The position numbers and the translations under genes were made by a program. Below the pieces are notes generated by a model. That model had not been told where the DNA came from. It saw nothing but the letters and a program-made list of their open reading frames with translations, and searched no databases. Below are positions 9,109 to 19,888 of a stretch of 64,000 nt of DNA, one piece after another (position 1 is the stretch's first letter; each line of letters opens with the position of its first letter). Origin of the DNA: Clostridia bacterium (GTDB lineage: Bacteria > Bacillota > Clostridia > Christensenellales > Aristaeellaceae); contig JAFRNK010000026.1 of NCBI GenBank assembly GCA_017430225.1, positions 11,956 to 75,955 of the forward strand, read 5' to 3'.

Positions 9109-10401
9109 TCAAAGGAAGCCTTTGTAGTGGCGCATGGTCATCTGGCCTTCGATCTGGCGCAGCGTCTCCAGCGCGACCTGTACGGCGATCAGGATGGACG
9201 AGGCACCGAAGGGCACCGTCACGTTCACGGTCGTCCACAGGAAGGTGGGCAGCGTCGCCAGCAGTGCGAGGAAGAGCGCCGCAAACAGCGTGAGCCGCTT
9301 GGAGGTGCGATCCAGGTACATGGTGGTCGCAGTGCCCGGACGTACGCCGGGGATGTGGCCGCCCTGCTGCTGGATATTCTTCGAAATATCCTCCGGATTG
9401 AAGGAAATCGCAGAATAGAAGTAGCTGAAGGCAATGATCAGCAGGGCGCAGACAACAGCGTAGAGCCAGGAATGCTGGTTCATGTTCGCCTGCCACCACT
9501 GATAAGCGCCGGAGTTCTGGTTGATCATGGCCATGATCGTTCCGGGGAAAGCCATGAACGAGTAGGCGAAAATCAGCGGCAGTACGCCGACAGCCAGAAG
9601 CTTCATCGGGATGTGGGTGGACTGGCCACCGTACATCTTGCGGCCCACTACGCGCTTTGCGTACTGAACCTGGATGCGGCGTTCCGCCAGGTCAACGAAG
9701 GTGACCAGCAGGACGATGACCGCAGTCGTCAGGATGATGATAATCACGTCATCCAGATACTGGCCGTTGCCGCCGAACAGGTTCGCGACAGCGGTGATGA
9801 TGCCATTGAACAGGTTGGAGACGATACCAACGAAGATCAGCAGGGACACGCCGTTGCCGATACCCTTCGCAGTGATCCGCTCACCGATCCAAACAGCCAG
9901 GCAGGTGCCGGCCGCCATGACGATCGAGATGAGGGCGTAGCCCCAGAAACTGTTATAGCCTTCCTTCAGGACCTTCAGACCCTCGCTGTCAGTCATGCGC
10001 TGCAGCGTCATGATGATGCCGATGGACTGCAGGATCGCCAGAGCAACGGTGACATACCGGGTGATCTGATTGATCTTCTTGCGGCCTTCTTCGCCACCAT
10101 CTTTGCTCAGCCGCTCGAGCGCCGGAATCGCGACGCAGAGCAGCTGGATGATAATGGAAGCGTTGATGTACGGGGTAATACCCATGGCCATGATAGTGGC
10201 CTGAGAGAGGTTACCACCGGTCATCATGTTGACCAGGTTCAGCACGTCGACGCCCGCAACCGCTTTCGATACGGCTTCAGGGTTGACGCCGGGGGTCGGG
10301 ATCACGCCGACCAGACGGAAGAGAAGGAGCATACCGAAGGTATAAAGCAGCTTATTGCGGATGTCCTTGATGCGCCAGGCATTTCTCAGGGTCTCCCACA
10401 T
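9109..10401 (-). CDS. secY: preprotein translocase subunit SecY
   Basis: 430 aa, multi-TM, with GITPYINASIIIQLL and GGHIPGVRPG. Confidence 0.97.
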   Translation of the reverse strand: MWETLRNAWRIKDIRNKLLYTFGMLLLFRLVGVIPTPGVNPEAVSKAVAGVDVLNLVNMMTGGNLSQATIMAMGITPYINASIIIQLLCVAIPALERLSKDGGEEGRKKINQITRYVTVALAILQSIGIIMTLQRMTDSEGLKVLKEGYNSFWGYALISIVMAAGTCLAVWIGERITAKGIGNGVSLLIFVGIVSNLFNGIITAVANLFGGNGQYLDDVIIIILTTAVIVLLVTFVDLAERRIQVQYAKRVVGRKMYGGQSTHIPMKLLAVGVLPLIFAYSFMAFPGTIMAMINQNSGAYQWWQANMNQHSWLYAVVCALLIIAFSYFYSAISFNPEDISKNIQQQGGHIPGVRPGTATTMYLDRTSKRLTLFAALFLALLATLPTFLWTTVNVTVPFGASSILIAVQVALETLRQIEGQMTMRHYKGFL

Positions 10402-10404
10402 CGC

Positions 10405-10845
10405 TTACTTCACCTCCACCTTCCCACCGGCAGCCTCGATCTTCTCTTTGGCGGAGGCCGTGACTTTTTCGACCTTAACAGTCAGTTTTTTGGTCAGCTC
10501 ACCGCCGCCAAGGATTTTCACGCCAGCCTGGACCTTATTGACCAGACCCGCATCCATCAGCATTTCGGAAGTGACTTCAGTGCCGTCTTCGAACACGTTC
10601 AGAGCGCTCACGTTGACACCCGCGTATTCCTTACGATAGATGTTGGTGAAGCCGCGCTTCGGCAGGCGGCGGGTCAGAGGCATCTGACCGCCTTCGAATC
10701 CGGGACGCTTACCGCCGCCGGAACGGGCTTTCGCGCCCTTGTGGCCCTTGCCGGACGTCTTACCGAGTCCGGATCCTACGCCTCGGCCGAGGCGCTTCGG
10801 GGCAGTCGTCGAGCCGATAGCCGGCTTCAACTCATGCAGTTTCAT
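10405..10845 (-). CDS. rplO: 50S ribosomal protein L15
   Basis: 146 aa starting [37 protein letters not shown]. Confidence 0.97.
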   Translation of the reverse strand: MKLHELKPAIGSTTAPKRLGRGVGSGLGKTSGKGHKGAKARSGGGKRPGFEGGQMPLTRRLPKRGFTNIYRKEYAGVNVSALNVFEDGTEVTSEMLMDAGLVNKVQAGVKILGGGELTKKLTVKVEKVTASAKEKIEAAGGKVEVK

Positions 10846-10869
10846 GAGGGGGCCCTCCCTTTCAATTAC

Positions 10870-11052
10870 TTATTCGTTGATTTCTTCGACCTTGACCATA
10901 TGCTTTACAGCAAAGATCTGGCCTTTGATCTGCGGCGTGTCGTCGTGAATGACGGACTGACCGACCTTTTTGAGGCCGAGCGCCTTTACATTCGCCTTGT
11001 GCTTGGGCAGCGTGGCGATGGGGGACTTGACCAGAGTAATCTTCAGTTTCAT
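10870..11052 (-). CDS. rpmD: 50S ribosomal protein L30
   Basis: MKLKITLVKSPIATLPKHKANVKALGLKK. Start trimmed to the ATG at 11052, 8 nt after GGAGG. Confidence 0.93.
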   Translation of the reverse strand: MKLKITLVKSPIATLPKHKANVKALGLKKVGQSVIHDDTPQIKGQIFAVKHMVKVEEINE

Positions 11053-11065
11053 CTTCCAGTCCTCC

Positions 11066-11566
11066 TCAGCCGATGATTTCTTCAACGGACTTGCCGCGCA
11101 TCTGGGCAACAGTCTCCGCGTTGCGCAGGAGCTTCAGGCCTTCGATGGTCGCCTTGACGGTGTTGATGCGGTTGCTGGTGCCGAAAGTCTTGGTGCGGAT
11201 ATCCTTGATGCCCGCCAGTTCCAGCACGGCACGCGCGCCGCCGCCGGCGATAACGCCAGCACCCTCTTCAGCGGGGAGCAGCACGACTTTCGCGGTGCTG
11301 AACCAGCCGTCGACGGGATGCGGAATGGTCGTTCCGACGATCGGAACATTCACCAGATGCTTCTTGGCGGCTTCAGTCGCCTTGCGGATGGCTTCGGGAA
11401 CTTCCATGGCCTTGCCGATGGCGCAGCCTACACGGCCCTTTTCATCGCCGACGACGACCAGCGCCGCAAAACGGAAGTTCTTACCGCCCTTAACAACCTT
11501 CGTGACGCGGTTCAGCGAAACGAGGCGTTCTTTGAATTCGCTAACGGGTTCTTCTCTGCGATACAT
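11066..11566 (-). CDS. rpsE: 30S ribosomal protein S5
   Basis: 166 aa with [24 protein letters not shown]. Confidence 0.97.
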   Translation of the reverse strand: MYRREEPVSEFKERLVSLNRVTKVVKGGKNFRFAALVVVGDEKGRVGCAIGKAMEVPEAIRKATEAAKKHLVNVPIVGTTIPHPVDGWFSTAKVVLLPAEEGAGVIAGGGARAVLELAGIKDIRTKTFGTSNRINTVKATIEGLKLLRNAETVAQMRGKSVEEIIG

Positions 11567-11581
11567 CTGCGTTGACCTCCC

Positions 11582-11950
11582 TTAGAAGTTCAGCCCGGCT
11601 TCACGAGCACCGGCAGCCAGTTCGGCCACACGACCGGTATAGATATAACCGCCGCGGTCAAACACCACGGTCTTGATACCGGCGTTCAGCGCGCGCTCGG
11701 CGACCAGCTTGCCAACCAGCTTGGCTGCGCCCTTCTTGTCCACGTCATCCAGCTGACCCTTGATCTGGGGATCGAGCGTGGAAGCGGAAACCAGGGTCAC
11801 ACGCTTCGTGTCGTCAATGATCTGAGCATAGATGGACTTGTTGCTGCGGTAGACACTCAGACGCGGCATATCGGGGGTGCCGCTGATCTTTTTGCGAACG
11901 CGGGCGTGACGGATCACGCGCACTTCATTGCGGTCGCGCTTTTTGAACAT
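11582..11950 (-). CDS. rplR: 50S ribosomal protein L18
   Basis: 122 aa with [18 protein letters not shown] and [12 protein letters not shown]. Confidence 0.97.
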   Translation of the reverse strand: MFKKRDRNEVRVIRHARVRKKISGTPDMPRLSVYRSNKSIYAQIIDDTKRVTLVSASTLDPQIKGQLDDVDKKGAAKLVGKLVAERALNAGIKTVVFDRGGYIYTGRVAELAAGAREAGLNF

Positions 11951-11968
11951 ATGCGTTCACTCCCTTCC

Positions 11969-12514
11969 TTACTTCTTGCCGGCCTTGCCTTCCTTGCGCA
12001 GGATCCGCTCGCCCTGATACTTGATGCCTTTGCCCAGATAGGGTTCCGGAGGACGAATGGCGCGGATGTCAGCCGCAAGGCCGCCGACCACTTGCTTGTT
12101 GATGCCCTTGACCACGATGGTGGTCTGGTTGGGCGTTTCGAAGGACACGTTTTCGGGCGCGTCCAGGATCACCGGGTGCGAGAAACCGATCGCGATGTCC
12201 AGCTTCTTGCCGGAATCCTTCGCCTCGGCATGATAGCCGGTGCCGACCATTTCCAGCGTCTTGGAGAAGCCTTCGGTCACGCCGACGACCATGTTGTGCA
12301 CGAGCGCCCTGTAGAGGCCGTGCATCGCACGATGTTCCTTGTCGTCAGAGGGGCGTGACAGTACGAGCTGGCCGTCCTTCTGCTCGATCTTGATATCAGG
12401 GTTGACCTGCTGGCTCAGGGTGCCTTTCGGGCCCTTGACGGTGACGAGATTGTTCTCCACATTAATCGTCACGCCGGCAGGGACGGTGATCGGCATTCTT
12501 CCGATACGAGACAT
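11969..12514 (-). CDS. rplF: 50S ribosomal protein L6
   Basis: 181 aa starting MSRIGRMPITVPAGVTINVENNLVTVKGPKG. Confidence 0.97.
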   Translation of the reverse strand: MSRIGRMPITVPAGVTINVENNLVTVKGPKGTLSQQVNPDIKIEQKDGQLVLSRPSDDKEHRAMHGLYRALVHNMVVGVTEGFSKTLEMVGTGYHAEAKDSGKKLDIAIGFSHPVILDAPENVSFETPNQTTIVVKGINKQVVGGLAADIRAIRPPEPYLGKGIKYQGERILRKEGKAGKK

Positions 12515-12547
12515 AATGTTTTCCTCCCTTAATTCAAAGCGTGATGA

Positions 12548-12946
12548 TTACCACACGTAGCAAAGCACTTCGCCGCCCAGGTTTTCCTTACGGGCTTCCT
12601 TGTCGGTCATAACGCCTTTGCTGGTGGAGATGATCGCAATTCCGAGGCCGCCCAGAACCTTGGGCAGGTCTTCGCAAGCCGCGTACACACGCAGGCCGGG
12701 CTTGCTGATGCGCTTGAGGCCAACGATGACGGGCTGCTTTTTGTCAAGATACTTGAGGTTGATCTTGATGCTTCCCTGCAGGCCATCGTCGATGAACTCG
12801 TAGGACTTGATGTAACCTTCCTCATGGAGGAGCTTCGCGATGCTCTTCTTCATGTTGGAAGCAGGCATCGTGACGCTGTCATGCTTCGCAATCTGCGCGT
12901 TGCGGATGCGGGTCAGCATATCAGCAATGGGATCATTGACTACCAT
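12548..12946 (-). CDS. rpsH: 30S ribosomal protein S8
   Basis: 132 aa with [14 protein letters not shown] and GGEVLCYVW. Confidence 0.97.
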   Translation of the reverse strand: MVVNDPIADMLTRIRNAQIAKHDSVTMPASNMKKSIAKLLHEEGYIKSYEFIDDGLQGSIKINLKYLDKKQPVIVGLKRISKPGLRVYAACEDLPKVLGGLGIAIISTSKGVMTDKEARKENLGGEVLCYVW

Positions 12947-12961
12947 TGTAAAACCTCCTCC

Positions 12962-13147
12962 TTACCAGCTCGCCTTGCGGACGCCGGGAATCTGGCCCTT
13001 GTAAGCCAGTTCTCTGAAGCAAATGCGGCAGATGCCGTAGCGGCGAAGCACCGAGTGCGGACGGCCGCACAGGTTGCAGCGCGTATAGGCACGGGTGGAG
13101 AACTTGGCCGGACGGGCCTGACGGATCTTCATAGATGTCTTTGCCAT
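12962..13147 (-). CDS. rpsZ: 30S ribosomal protein S14 type Z (zinc-binding)
   Basis: 61 aa with [23 protein letters not shown], a C4 motif. Confidence 0.96.
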   Translation of the reverse strand: MAKTSMKIRQARPAKFSTRAYTRCNLCGRPHSVLRRYGICRICFRELAYKGQIPGVRKASW

Positions 13148-13161
13148 AACGTACTCCTCCC

Positions 13162-13704
13162 TTACTGCGCGAACGGCATTCCGAGCAGACGCAGCAGCTC
13201 TTTGGCTTCTTCGTCCGTCTTGGCGGTCGTTACGAAAATCATTTCCAGGCCGCGGATCTTCTCAACCTTATCGTAGTCGATTTCGGGGAAGATCAGCTGT
13301 TCCTTGATGCCCAGGGCATAGTTGCCGCGGCCGTCAAACGCCTTGTTGGATACGCCGCGGAAGTCGCGGACGCGGGGCAGCGCGATGGAGACAAGCTTGT
13401 CAGTGAACTCTTCCATGCGGGCGCCGCGCAGGGTGACCTTCGCGCCGATGTTCTGGCCCTCACGGACCTTGAAGTTCGCGACGGATTTCTTCGCCTTGGT
13501 GACCTGCGGCTTCTGGCCGGAGATCAGGGTCAGCTCAGCCACGGCGGATTCGAGCGCCTTGGCGTTGTCCTTGCAGTCGCCCAGGCCCATGTTGATGATG
13601 ACCTTGACGAGCTTCGGGATTTCCATCACATTCTTGTAGCCGAATTTCTGCTGAAGCGCAGGCACGGCTTCATTGACATAACGATCATGCAATCTTGTTG
13701 CCAT
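13162..13704 (-). CDS. rplE: 50S ribosomal protein L5
   Basis: 180 aa with [14 protein letters not shown] and [17 protein letters not shown]. Confidence 0.97.
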   Translation of the reverse strand: MATRLHDRYVNEAVPALQQKFGYKNVMEIPKLVKVIINMGLGDCKDNAKALESAVAELTLISGQKPQVTKAKKSVANFKVREGQNIGAKVTLRGARMEEFTDKLVSIALPRVRDFRGVSNKAFDGRGNYALGIKEQLIFPEIDYDKVEKIRGLEMIFVTTAKTDEEAKELLRLLGMPFAQ

Positions 13705-13719
13705 TTCCCCACGCCTCCT

Positions 13720-14052
13720 TTACTCTAATTCTGTGCCGCACTTTTTGCAGACGCGGATCACATTGCGGACCTTCTTGCCATCCTTTTCGGTGACGGTCAC
13801 TTTGTTGCCGAACCGACGGCCGGCGTTGCACTTCGGGCAGAACAGCATGACGTTGCTCGCGTCGATAGCGGCTTCCTTTTCGATGATGCCGCCGGGCTGG
13901 CCTTGCATGCGGGATTTCTGATGCTTCTTGACCATGGCGACGCCTTCGACGACGACACGGTTCTTCTTGGGTTCAGCGACCAGGACTTTGCCCTGCTTGC
14001 CCTTGTCCTGACCAGTGATGACAACCACAGTGTCCTTAGCTTTTACGAACAT
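13720..14052 (-). CDS. rplX: 50S ribosomal protein L24 (C4 zinc-ribbon-like C-terminus)
   Basis: [27 protein letters not shown] motif; CPKC...CKKC in the C-terminal part. Start trimmed to the ATG at 14052, 8 nt after GGAGG. Confidence 0.95.
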   Translation of the reverse strand: MFVKAKDTVVVITGQDKGKQGKVLVAEPKKNRVVVEGVAMVKKHQKSRMQGQPGGIIEKEAAIDASNVMLFCPKCNAGRRFGNKVTVTEKDGKKVRNVIRVCKKCGTELE

Positions 14053-14065
14053 GCCATTGTCCTCC

Positions 14066-14434
14066 TTACAGTACTTCAGGCGCAAGGGAGACGATCTTCA
14101 TGAAGTCCTTCTCGCGCAGTTCACGGGCCACAGGCCCAAAGATGCGGGTACCGGTCGGCATCTTGTCGTCGTTGACCAGTACGGCAGCATTGTCGTCAAA
14201 GCGGATGTAGGTGCCGTCGGGGCGGCGCTGAGGCTGGTGGCAACGCACGATAACGGCTTTGACCACATCGCCCTTCTTCACCGCGCCACCGGGCTGGGCG
14301 CTCTTGACGGAAGCAACAATGATGTCGCCAATGGAGGCATAACGACGGTAGGAACCACCCAGCACGCGGATGCACATGATTTCCTTGGCGCCGGAGTTAT
14401 CGGCAACCTTGAGACGCGTTTGCGGCTGAATCAT
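14066..14434 (-). CDS. rplN: 50S ribosomal protein L14
   Basis: 122 aa starting [27 protein letters not shown]. Confidence 0.97.
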   Translation of the reverse strand: MIQPQTRLKVADNSGAKEIMCIRVLGGSYRRYASIGDIIVASVKSAQPGGAVKKGDVVKAVIVRCHQPQRRPDGTYIRFDDNAAVLVNDDKMPTGTRIFGPVARELREKDFMKIVSLAPEVL

Positions 14435-14504
14435 AGGGATTTCCTCCTTTATAGTTTCCTCTTCATGCGGCCCTCAGACCCATGAGAGGCAGAAAGCGCG
14501 GCGA

Positions 14505-14774
14505 TTATTTCGCCTTTTCGATGATCTCGACGAGGCGCCAGCGCTTTTCACGGGACAGCGGACGGGTTTCCATGACTCGCACGGTGTCGCCGATGCCGCA
14601 TTCGTTGTTTTCGTCATGCGCCTTGATCTTAGTGGTCTTGTTGATGTATTTGCTGTACAGGGGATGCTTGACGCGGGTGGACAGCTTGACGACGATGGTC
14701 TTGTCCATCTTGTCGCTGACGACGATACCCGTACGGGTCTTGCGCATGCCCCGGTTCTCAGTCATTTCAGACAT
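14505..14774 (-). CDS. rpsQ: 30S ribosomal protein S17
   Basis: 89 aa with [25 protein letters not shown] 8 nt upstream of the ATG. Confidence 0.96.
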   Translation of the reverse strand: MSEMTENRGMRKTRTGIVVSDKMDKTIVVKLSTRVKHPLYSKYINKTTKIKAHDENNECGIGDTVRVMETRPLSREKRWRLVEIIEKAK

Positions 14775-14797
14775 GAAACTTTCCTCCTTCTAACGGC

Positions 14798-14998
14798 TCA
14801 CTGGTCGGCCTTCAGCTGCTTCTGCCGCTGGACGGTCAACGCGCGCGCGATGTCCTTACGGACAGCAGACAGCTGCATAACATTTTCCAGCTGACCGGTG
14901 GCAAGCCGGAAACGAAGGTTGAAGAGCTCCGTTTTGAGATCGGCGATCTTAGCGGTCAACTCTTCGTTGGACATGGATTCGAAATTGCTGGCCTTCAT
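14798..14998 (-). CDS. rpmC: 50S ribosomal protein L29
   Basis: 66 aa with [27 protein letters not shown]. Confidence 0.96.
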   Translation of the reverse strand: MKASNFESMSNEELTAKIADLKTELFNLRFRLATGQLENVMQLSAVRKDIARALTVQRQKQLKADQ

Positions 14999-15438
14999 TT
15001 GCTTTCACCACCCGCTTCATTAGGTTTCACATCGTCCTTGGAGACGATCTTTGTTTTGAGCGGCAGCTTTCCGGACGCCAGACGCAGCGCTTCCTTCGCG
15101 ATCGCCTCGTCGATTCCGCCAATCTCGAACAGGACACGGCCCGGCTTCACCACGGCGACCCAGTATTCGGGAGCGCCCTTACCGGAACCCATTCGGGTTT
15201 CAGCAGGCTTGGCTGTAACAGGCTTGTCCGGGAAAATCTTGATCCAGACCTGACCGCCGCGCTTCGTGTAACGCGTGAGCGCGATACGGGCTGCCTCGAT
15301 CTGCTGGGAGGTGACCCAGCTCGGCTCTGTCGCCGCGAGGCCCCAGTCGCCGTAGGCAACAAAGTTACCGCGATGAGCCGCGCCCTTCATCCGGCCGCGG
15401 AACTGCTTGCGGTGCTTTACTCTCTTAGGCATCAGCAT
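14995..15438 (-). CDS. rplP: 50S ribosomal protein L16
   Basis: 147 aa starting [23 protein letters not shown] overlap with rpmC. Confidence 0.97.
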   Translation of the reverse strand: MLMPKRVKHRKQFRGRMKGAAHRGNFVAYGDWGLAATEPSWVTSQQIEAARIALTRYTKRGGQVWIKIFPDKPVTAKPAETRMGSGKGAPEYWVAVVKPGRVLFEIGGIDEAIAKEALRLASGKLPLKTKIVSKDDVKPNEAGGESK

Positions 15439-15440
15439 AA

Positions 15441-16112
15441 TTATTTGCCTCCTTCAATGGCGGCCTTGGGCTGCTTTTTGGCGGCCGGCAGAACCTGGCC
15501 CTTGTAGATCCAGACCTTGATGCCCAGCCGACCGTAGGTCGTCTTCGCTTCGGCAAAGCCGTAATCGATGTTGGCGCGCAGGGTCTGCAGCGGGATGGAA
15601 CCCTCGTGATACTGTTCGGTGCGGGCGATGTCTGCGCCGCCCAGACGACCGGAGATAGCGGTCTTGATGCCCTTGGCGCCGGCTTTGGTCGCGCGCTGGA
15701 TGCTCTGCTTCATCGCGCGGCGGAAAGAAATGCGCTTTTCGAGCTGCTGAGCGATATTCTCGGCAACCAGCTGGGCGTCCGTATCCGGGGACTTGACGGG
15801 CATCACGTCTACGTGAACCGCGTGGCCGACGGATTTTTCGATCTCATTCTTGAGATCATCGATGCCCTTGCCGCCGTGGCCGATGATCATGCCGGGCTTG
15901 CCGGTGAAGATGGTCACGTTCATGCGCTGGGCGCTGCGTTCGATATCAATGCGGCTGATGCCGGTCTGATAGAACTTTTCCTTGAGCATTTTGCGCAGCT
16001 CATAATCTTCCTTGATCTGAGCGGCGAAAACTTTCTTGTCGCTGTACCACCGCGTGCTCCAGTCGAAGATAACGCCGACGCGCTCGCCGTGGGGATTGAC
16101 TTTCTGACCCAT
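15441..16112 (-). CDS. rpsC: 30S ribosomal protein S3
   Basis: [13 protein letters not shown]. Start trimmed to the ATG at 16112, just after GGAGG and 1 nt after the rplV stop. Confidence 0.96.
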   Translation of the reverse strand: MGQKVNPHGERVGVIFDWSTRWYSDKKVFAAQIKEDYELRKMLKEKFYQTGISRIDIERSAQRMNVTIFTGKPGMIIGHGGKGIDDLKNEIEKSVGHAVHVDVMPVKSPDTDAQLVAENIAQQLEKRISFRRAMKQSIQRATKAGAKGIKTAISGRLGGADIARTEQYHEGSIPLQTLRANIDYGFAEAKTTYGRLGIKVWIYKGQVLPAAKKQPKAAIEGGK

Positions 16113-16113
16113 A

Positions 16114-16515
16114 TTAATCCTCCTTCGCCTGTTTGCTGTCCAGCACCACGCTGATGTGGCAGGTGCGCCTGAGCATCGGGGAGGCACTGCCGCGGCTGCG
16201 GGCTACATAGCGCTTCAGGGTCGGGCCCGGATTCGCGTAGCACTCGGCGACGTACAGCGTGCTTTCGTCCATGGACTTGTTGTTGACCGCATTCGCAACG
16301 GCGCTGTTCAGCACCTTGAGGATGACGGGAGAGGCGGCCTTGGGGGTGAACTCCAGGATACCGCGTGCCTGCTCAACATCCTTGCCGCGGATCAGGTCCA
16401 GGACGATGCCAGCCTTGCGGGAGGAGATGCGGATATAGCGGGCATGTGCCTGCGGAAGGGCATTTGCGCGCTTTTCGGCGCGTGCCTGGCCCTTTTTCTT
16501 AGTATTGCTTGCCAT
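16114..16515 (-). CDS. rplV: 50S ribosomal protein L22
   Basis: 133 aa with [21 protein letters not shown]. Confidence 0.96.
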   Translation of the reverse strand: MASNTKKKGQARAEKRANALPQAHARYIRISSRKAGIVLDLIRGKDVEQARGILEFTPKAASPVILKVLNSAVANAVNNKSMDESTLYVAECYANPGPTLKRYVARSRGSASPMLRRTCHISVVLDSKQAKED

Positions 16516-16533
16516 CTTTCTTCTCCTTCCCTT

Positions 16534-16812
16534 TTATTTACCGGACGAGGACTTCTCGCCGGCATGGCCTCTGAAGGTACGGGTCGGGGCGAACTCACCC
16601 AGCTTGTGGCCGACCATGTCTTCCGTCACATAGACCGGCACATGCTTGCGCCCGTCATGCACAGCGATGGTATGGCCGACAAACTCGGGGAAAATGGTGG
16701 ATGCACGGCTCCAGGTCTTCAAGACCGTCTTGTTGCCGCTTTCATTCATAGCGATAATGCGCTTCAAGAGCGCTTCCTGAACATAAGGTCCCTTTTTAAC
16801 GGAACGGCTCAT
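16534..16812 (-). CDS. rpsS: 30S ribosomal protein S19
   Basis: 92 aa starting [11 protein letters not shown], with [17 protein letters not shown]. Confidence 0.97.
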   Translation of the reverse strand: MSRSVKKGPYVQEALLKRIIAMNESGNKTVLKTWSRASTIFPEFVGHTIAVHDGRKHVPVYVTEDMVGHKLGEFAPTRTFRGHAGEKSSSGK

Positions 16813-16839
16813 GCATGATCCTCCTTCCTTGCCGCAGGA

Positions 16840-17670
16840 TTACTTGCCCGCGCGCTTGACAATCAGACGATTGGAATACTTCTTGTGCTTGCGGGTCTTG
16901 TAACCGAGCGCAGGCTTGCCCCACGGGGTCACAGGCGCAGGCATACCGACGGGCGATTTGCCTTCGCCGCCGCCGTGCGGGTGATCGTTCGGGTTCATGA
17001 CGACGCCGCGGACGGTCGGGCGTATGCCCATGTGGCGGGTACGGCCGGCCTTGCCGATGCGGACGTTCTCGTGATCGGTGTTACCCACAGTACCGATGGT
17101 CGCGCAGGCATCGATCGGGATCTTGCGGACTTCACCGGAGGGCAGACGCACCTGAGCGAAAGCGCCTTCCTTGGCCATCAGCTGAGCGCTCATACCGGCG
17201 GAGCGGACCAGCTGGCCGCCTTTGCCGGGCTTGATCTCCACATTGTGGATCAGCGTACCGACGGGGATGGAGCGCAGGGGCAGCGCGTTGCCGGGCTTGA
17301 TATCGACGTTCTCGCCAGCCACGACCTTGTCGCCGACCTTCAGGTCGAGCGGGGCCAGGATGTAGCGCTTCTCGCCATCCGCGTAGGTCAGCAGGGCGAT
17401 GAACGCGCTGCGGTTCGGATCGTATTCGATCGCGGTGACCTTGGCCGGGATGTCTTTCTTGTTGCGCTTGAAGTCGATGATGCGGTAGGTCTTCTTGTTG
17501 CCGCCGCCCTGATGACGGACGGTGATCTTACCCTGGCTGTTGCGGCCGGAGTGCTTCTTGATGTGTTCCGTCAGGGATTTTTCGGGCTTCTTCTTGGTGA
17601 TTTCCTCGAAGGTCAGCACCGACATGAAACGGCGGGCGGACGACGTCGGCTTATATACTCTGATTCCCAT
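16840..17670 (-). CDS. rplB: 50S ribosomal protein L2
   Basis: 276 aa with [16 protein letters not shown] and [18 protein letters not shown]. Confidence 0.97.
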   Translation of the reverse strand: MGIRVYKPTSSARRFMSVLTFEEITKKKPEKSLTEHIKKHSGRNSQGKITVRHQGGGNKKTYRIIDFKRNKKDIPAKVTAIEYDPNRSAFIALLTYADGEKRYILAPLDLKVGDKVVAGENVDIKPGNALPLRSIPVGTLIHNVEIKPGKGGQLVRSAGMSAQLMAKEGAFAQVRLPSGEVRKIPIDACATIGTVGNTDHENVRIGKAGRTRHMGIRPTVRGVVMNPNDHPHGGGEGKSPVGMPAPVTPWGKPALGYKTRKHKKYSNRLIVKRAGK

Positions 17671-17688
17671 AATCCTTGTCCTCCCCTA

Positions 17689-17985
17689 TTAGACCATGCC
17701 TTCGAAGAACTCGATGGGCTTGGAATCTTCAGTCAGAATCACGTAGGCTTTCTTGACTTCGGCAGTGCGGCCCTGGGTGCGGCCCTGGCGCTTCATCTTG
17801 CCGATGGTCCTCAGCGTGTTCACGCGGGCCACTTTGACCGGCGGGAAGCAAGCTTCGACAGCCTTTTTGATCTCCGTCTTGTTGGCGTTGATCGCGACTT
17901 CAAAAATGTACCGCTTGTCCGCGATGCCATCGTAACCTTTTTCGGTCAGGACAGGACGCAGGATGATATCATGCGGGTCTTTCAT
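17689..17985 (-). CDS. rplW: 50S ribosomal protein L23
   Basis: 98 aa with ILRPVLTEKGY and FEVAINANKTEIKKAVE. Confidence 0.96.
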   Translation of the reverse strand: MKDPHDIILRPVLTEKGYDGIADKRYIFEVAINANKTEIKKAVEACFPPVKVARVNTLRTIGKMKRQGRTQGRTAEVKKAYVILTEDSKPIEFFEGMV

Positions 17986-18605
17986 GCGTACACCTCCTGA
18001 ATCGCCTGCATTGCCGCTTTGACCACAACGATCTTATCGGCGTTGAGCAGGTCGTACACGTTGATGGTGTTGACGTAAGCGTCTTTCACACCGGGGATGT
18101 TCTTGCTCGCGCGGACCACGTCTTTCTGGTCCTGCTCGACCACCAGCAGGGTCTTCTTCTCAGACTCGAGAGCCTTGAGCATCTGGGCCACGTACTTGGT
18201 CTTCGCTTCGGCAAGCTTGATCTCGTTGACCACGATGATTTCATTGGCGGCGAGCTTGGTGCTCAGGGCGCTCTTCATCGCGAGGCGTTTGATCTTGCGG
18301 GGCACGTTGATCACGTAATCCCGGGGCTGGGGCGCGAATACGACGCCGCCATGACGGAACTGCGGAGCACGGTTGCCATGATGGCGAGCGTTGCCGGTGC
18401 CCTTCTGACGATAAATCTTACGGCCGCCGCCGCGGACCATTCCGCGGGACAGGGCGCTCTGCGTGCCCTGGCGCTGTGCGGCCAGATAGGAGCGGACCAT
18501 CAGGTGCATCGCGGCGACGTTGGGCTCAACGGCGAAGATCTCGTCGTTCAGTTCCATCGTACCAACTTTCTTGCCCTGCATGTCCACCACTTGAATATTC
18601 GGCAT
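17982..18605 (-). CDS. rplD: 50S ribosomal protein L4
   Basis: 207 aa with RQKGTGNARHHGNRAPQFRHGGVVF. ATGA overlap with rplW. Confidence 0.97.
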   Translation of the reverse strand: MPNIQVVDMQGKKVGTMELNDEIFAVEPNVAAMHLMVRSYLAAQRQGTQSALSRGMVRGGGRKIYRQKGTGNARHHGNRAPQFRHGGVVFAPQPRDYVINVPRKIKRLAMKSALSTKLAANEIIVVNEIKLAEAKTKYVAQMLKALESEKKTLLVVEQDQKDVVRASKNIPGVKDAYVNTINVYDLLNADKIVVVKAAMQAIQEVYA

Positions 18606-18622
18606 GACTTTCTTCCTCCTTG

Positions 18623-19267
18623 TCAGGCTTTCACGGAATCACGGATCAGCAGCAGGCCTTCGTTGGGGCCGGGCACTGCGCCGTGAACCAGCAGCAGGCT
18701 GCGTTCCGCGTCAACCTTGACGATCTCAAGATGCTGGATGGTCACACGCTCTACGCCGTAATGGCCGGGCATGTGCTTGTTCTTGAACACGCGGGACGGG
18801 TCGGAGTTCGCGCTCATGGAGCCGACGCCGCGATGATACTTGGAGCCGTGGGCCATGGGGCCGGTGTGCTGGTTCCAGCGGTAGATCGCGCCGGTGAAGC
18901 CGCGGCCCTTGGTGGTGCCGGTGATGTCCACAGTCTCGCCTTCGGCGAAGACGTCAGCCTTTACGACCTGACCGACTTCGTAGCTGTCAGAATCGTCCAG
19001 CCGGAACTCACGCAGCGTGCGTGCAGGCTTGACGCCCGCTTTCTTGTAGTGGCCGTTGACCGGCTTGGTCAGCAGCTTTTCCGCGCGCTTTTCAGACAGC
19101 TCTTCGAAGCTGAACTGAACGGCGTCGTAACCATCCTTGCCGGACGCAGACTTCTTGGTCACGACCGTGCAGGGACCCGCCTGGATGACGGTCACCGGAA
19201 CGAGGCGGCCGTCCGGCAGGAAAATCTGGGTCATCCCCAGCTTTTTGCCAATAATTGCCTTCTTCAT
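18623..19267 (-). CDS. rplC: 50S ribosomal protein L3
   Basis: 214 aa starting MKKAIIGKKLGMTQIF, with TKGRGFTGAIYRWN. Confidence 0.97.
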   Translation of the reverse strand: MKKAIIGKKLGMTQIFLPDGRLVPVTVIQAGPCTVVTKKSASGKDGYDAVQFSFEELSEKRAEKLLTKPVNGHYKKAGVKPARTLREFRLDDSDSYEVGQVVKADVFAEGETVDITGTTKGRGFTGAIYRWNQHTGPMAHGSKYHRGVGSMSANSDPSRVFKNKHMPGHYGVERVTIQHLEIVKVDAERSLLLVHGAVPGPNEGLLLIRDSVKA

Positions 19268-19281
19268 GATAGCCTCCTGCC

Positions 19282-19590
19282 TTACAGTTTGATCTCGATA
19301 TCGACGCCTGCCGGCAAATCAAGCTTCATCATGGCATCGACGGTGCGCTGGTTGACGTTGTACACGTCGATCAGGCGCTTGTGCGTACGGCGCTCAAACT
19401 GCTCGCGGCTGTCCTTATACTTGTGCGGAGAACGGAGAATCGTGACGATTTCCTTCTCGGTCGGCAGCGGGATAGGTCCCGATACACGCGCGTTGGTACG
19501 CTTTGCTGTTTCCACAATACGCTCAGCGGACTGGTCCACGAGATTGTGCTCATAGCCCTTGAGCTTGATGCGGATCTTCTGGTTGGCCAT
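19282..19590 (-). CDS. rpsJ: 30S ribosomal protein S10
   Basis: 102 aa starting [32 protein letters not shown]. First gene of the cluster. Confidence 0.97.
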   Translation of the reverse strand: MANQKIRIKLKGYEHNLVDQSAERIVETAKRTNARVSGPIPLPTEKEIVTILRSPHKYKDSREQFERRTHKRLIDVYNVNQRTVDAMMKLDLPAGVDIEIKL

Positions 19591-19811
19591 AGGTTTTCCT
19601 CCTTAGTTCGTAACTCTCTGTCGTCGGGGGGAGATATTGCTGCGTCCGCCTCTGGAAGACTCGCAGGTGACTTCCGCTCGCTGACGCGCAAACCCGGCGA
19701 TGTCGGCTTTGCCGACTTCGAGTCCGTTCGCCCGATTTCCAGGCCTGGTCCACGATAATTACCCGTTCCGGCCAGAACGGCAACTTACCGCTTCTACCCA
19801 TAAACAGACAA
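19591..19811 (-). promoter_or_regulatory. about 220-nt 5' leader of the S10 operon with several hairpins
   Basis: Lies between the predicted TSS (about 19811) and the rpsJ ATG. Hairpins CCGTTC..GAACGG, GTCGGC-AAA-GCCGAC and GGAAG..CTTCC. No ORF. Confidence 0.5.
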
Positions 19812-19818
19812 CAGGCCT

Positions 19819-19847
19819 ATTATATCCACAAAAATAAAAAAATGCAA
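19819..19847 (-). promoter_or_regulatory. sigma-A type promoter of the ribosomal protein cluster
   Basis: The minus strand reads TTGCAT (19847-19842), a 17-nt spacer, then TATAAT (19824-19819). Confidence 0.8.
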
Positions 19848-19850
19848 GTG

Positions 19851-19888
19851 TTTTTGATATGTTTTTTGAAATTTTTTTGAGTTTTTTT
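19851..19888 (-). promoter_or_regulatory. UP-element-like phased A-tracts upstream of the S10 promoter
   Basis: Four T5-7 runs on the plus strand (A-tracts on the minus strand) start at 19851, 19862, 19872 and 19882. The spacing is 11, 10 and 10 bp, one helical turn. Confidence 0.7.

Noticed and set aside
9082-11076. 664-aa plus-strand ORF, with similar long ORFs at 3768..5060, 16885..18000, 23044..25287, 26334..28010, 34991..36328, 38541..39692, 42477..44042, 44349..45566 and 50840..52372
   Set aside because: All lie antisense to unmistakable conserved genes (secY/rplO, rpoA, rplB, gyrA, gyrB, iorA, metG, paaK and others). Their Arg/Ala/His/Gly/Asp-rich low-complexity composition is typical of stop-poor antisense frames in high-GC DNA, and they have no RBS.
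13720-14052. CxxC...CxxC zinc-ribbon-like motif in L24
   Set aside because: From memory, the same Cys pattern occurs in L24 of other Clostridia and Thermotogae, so it is lineage-typical rather than novel. It is noted in the feature call only.
19819-19830. DnaA-box-like ATATCCACA in the AT-rich region next to gyrBA; possible oriC
   Set aside because: It is a single imperfect box that coincides with the -10 region of the S10 promoter. There is no cluster of boxes, no dnaA/dnaN and no DNA-unwinding-element arrangement.
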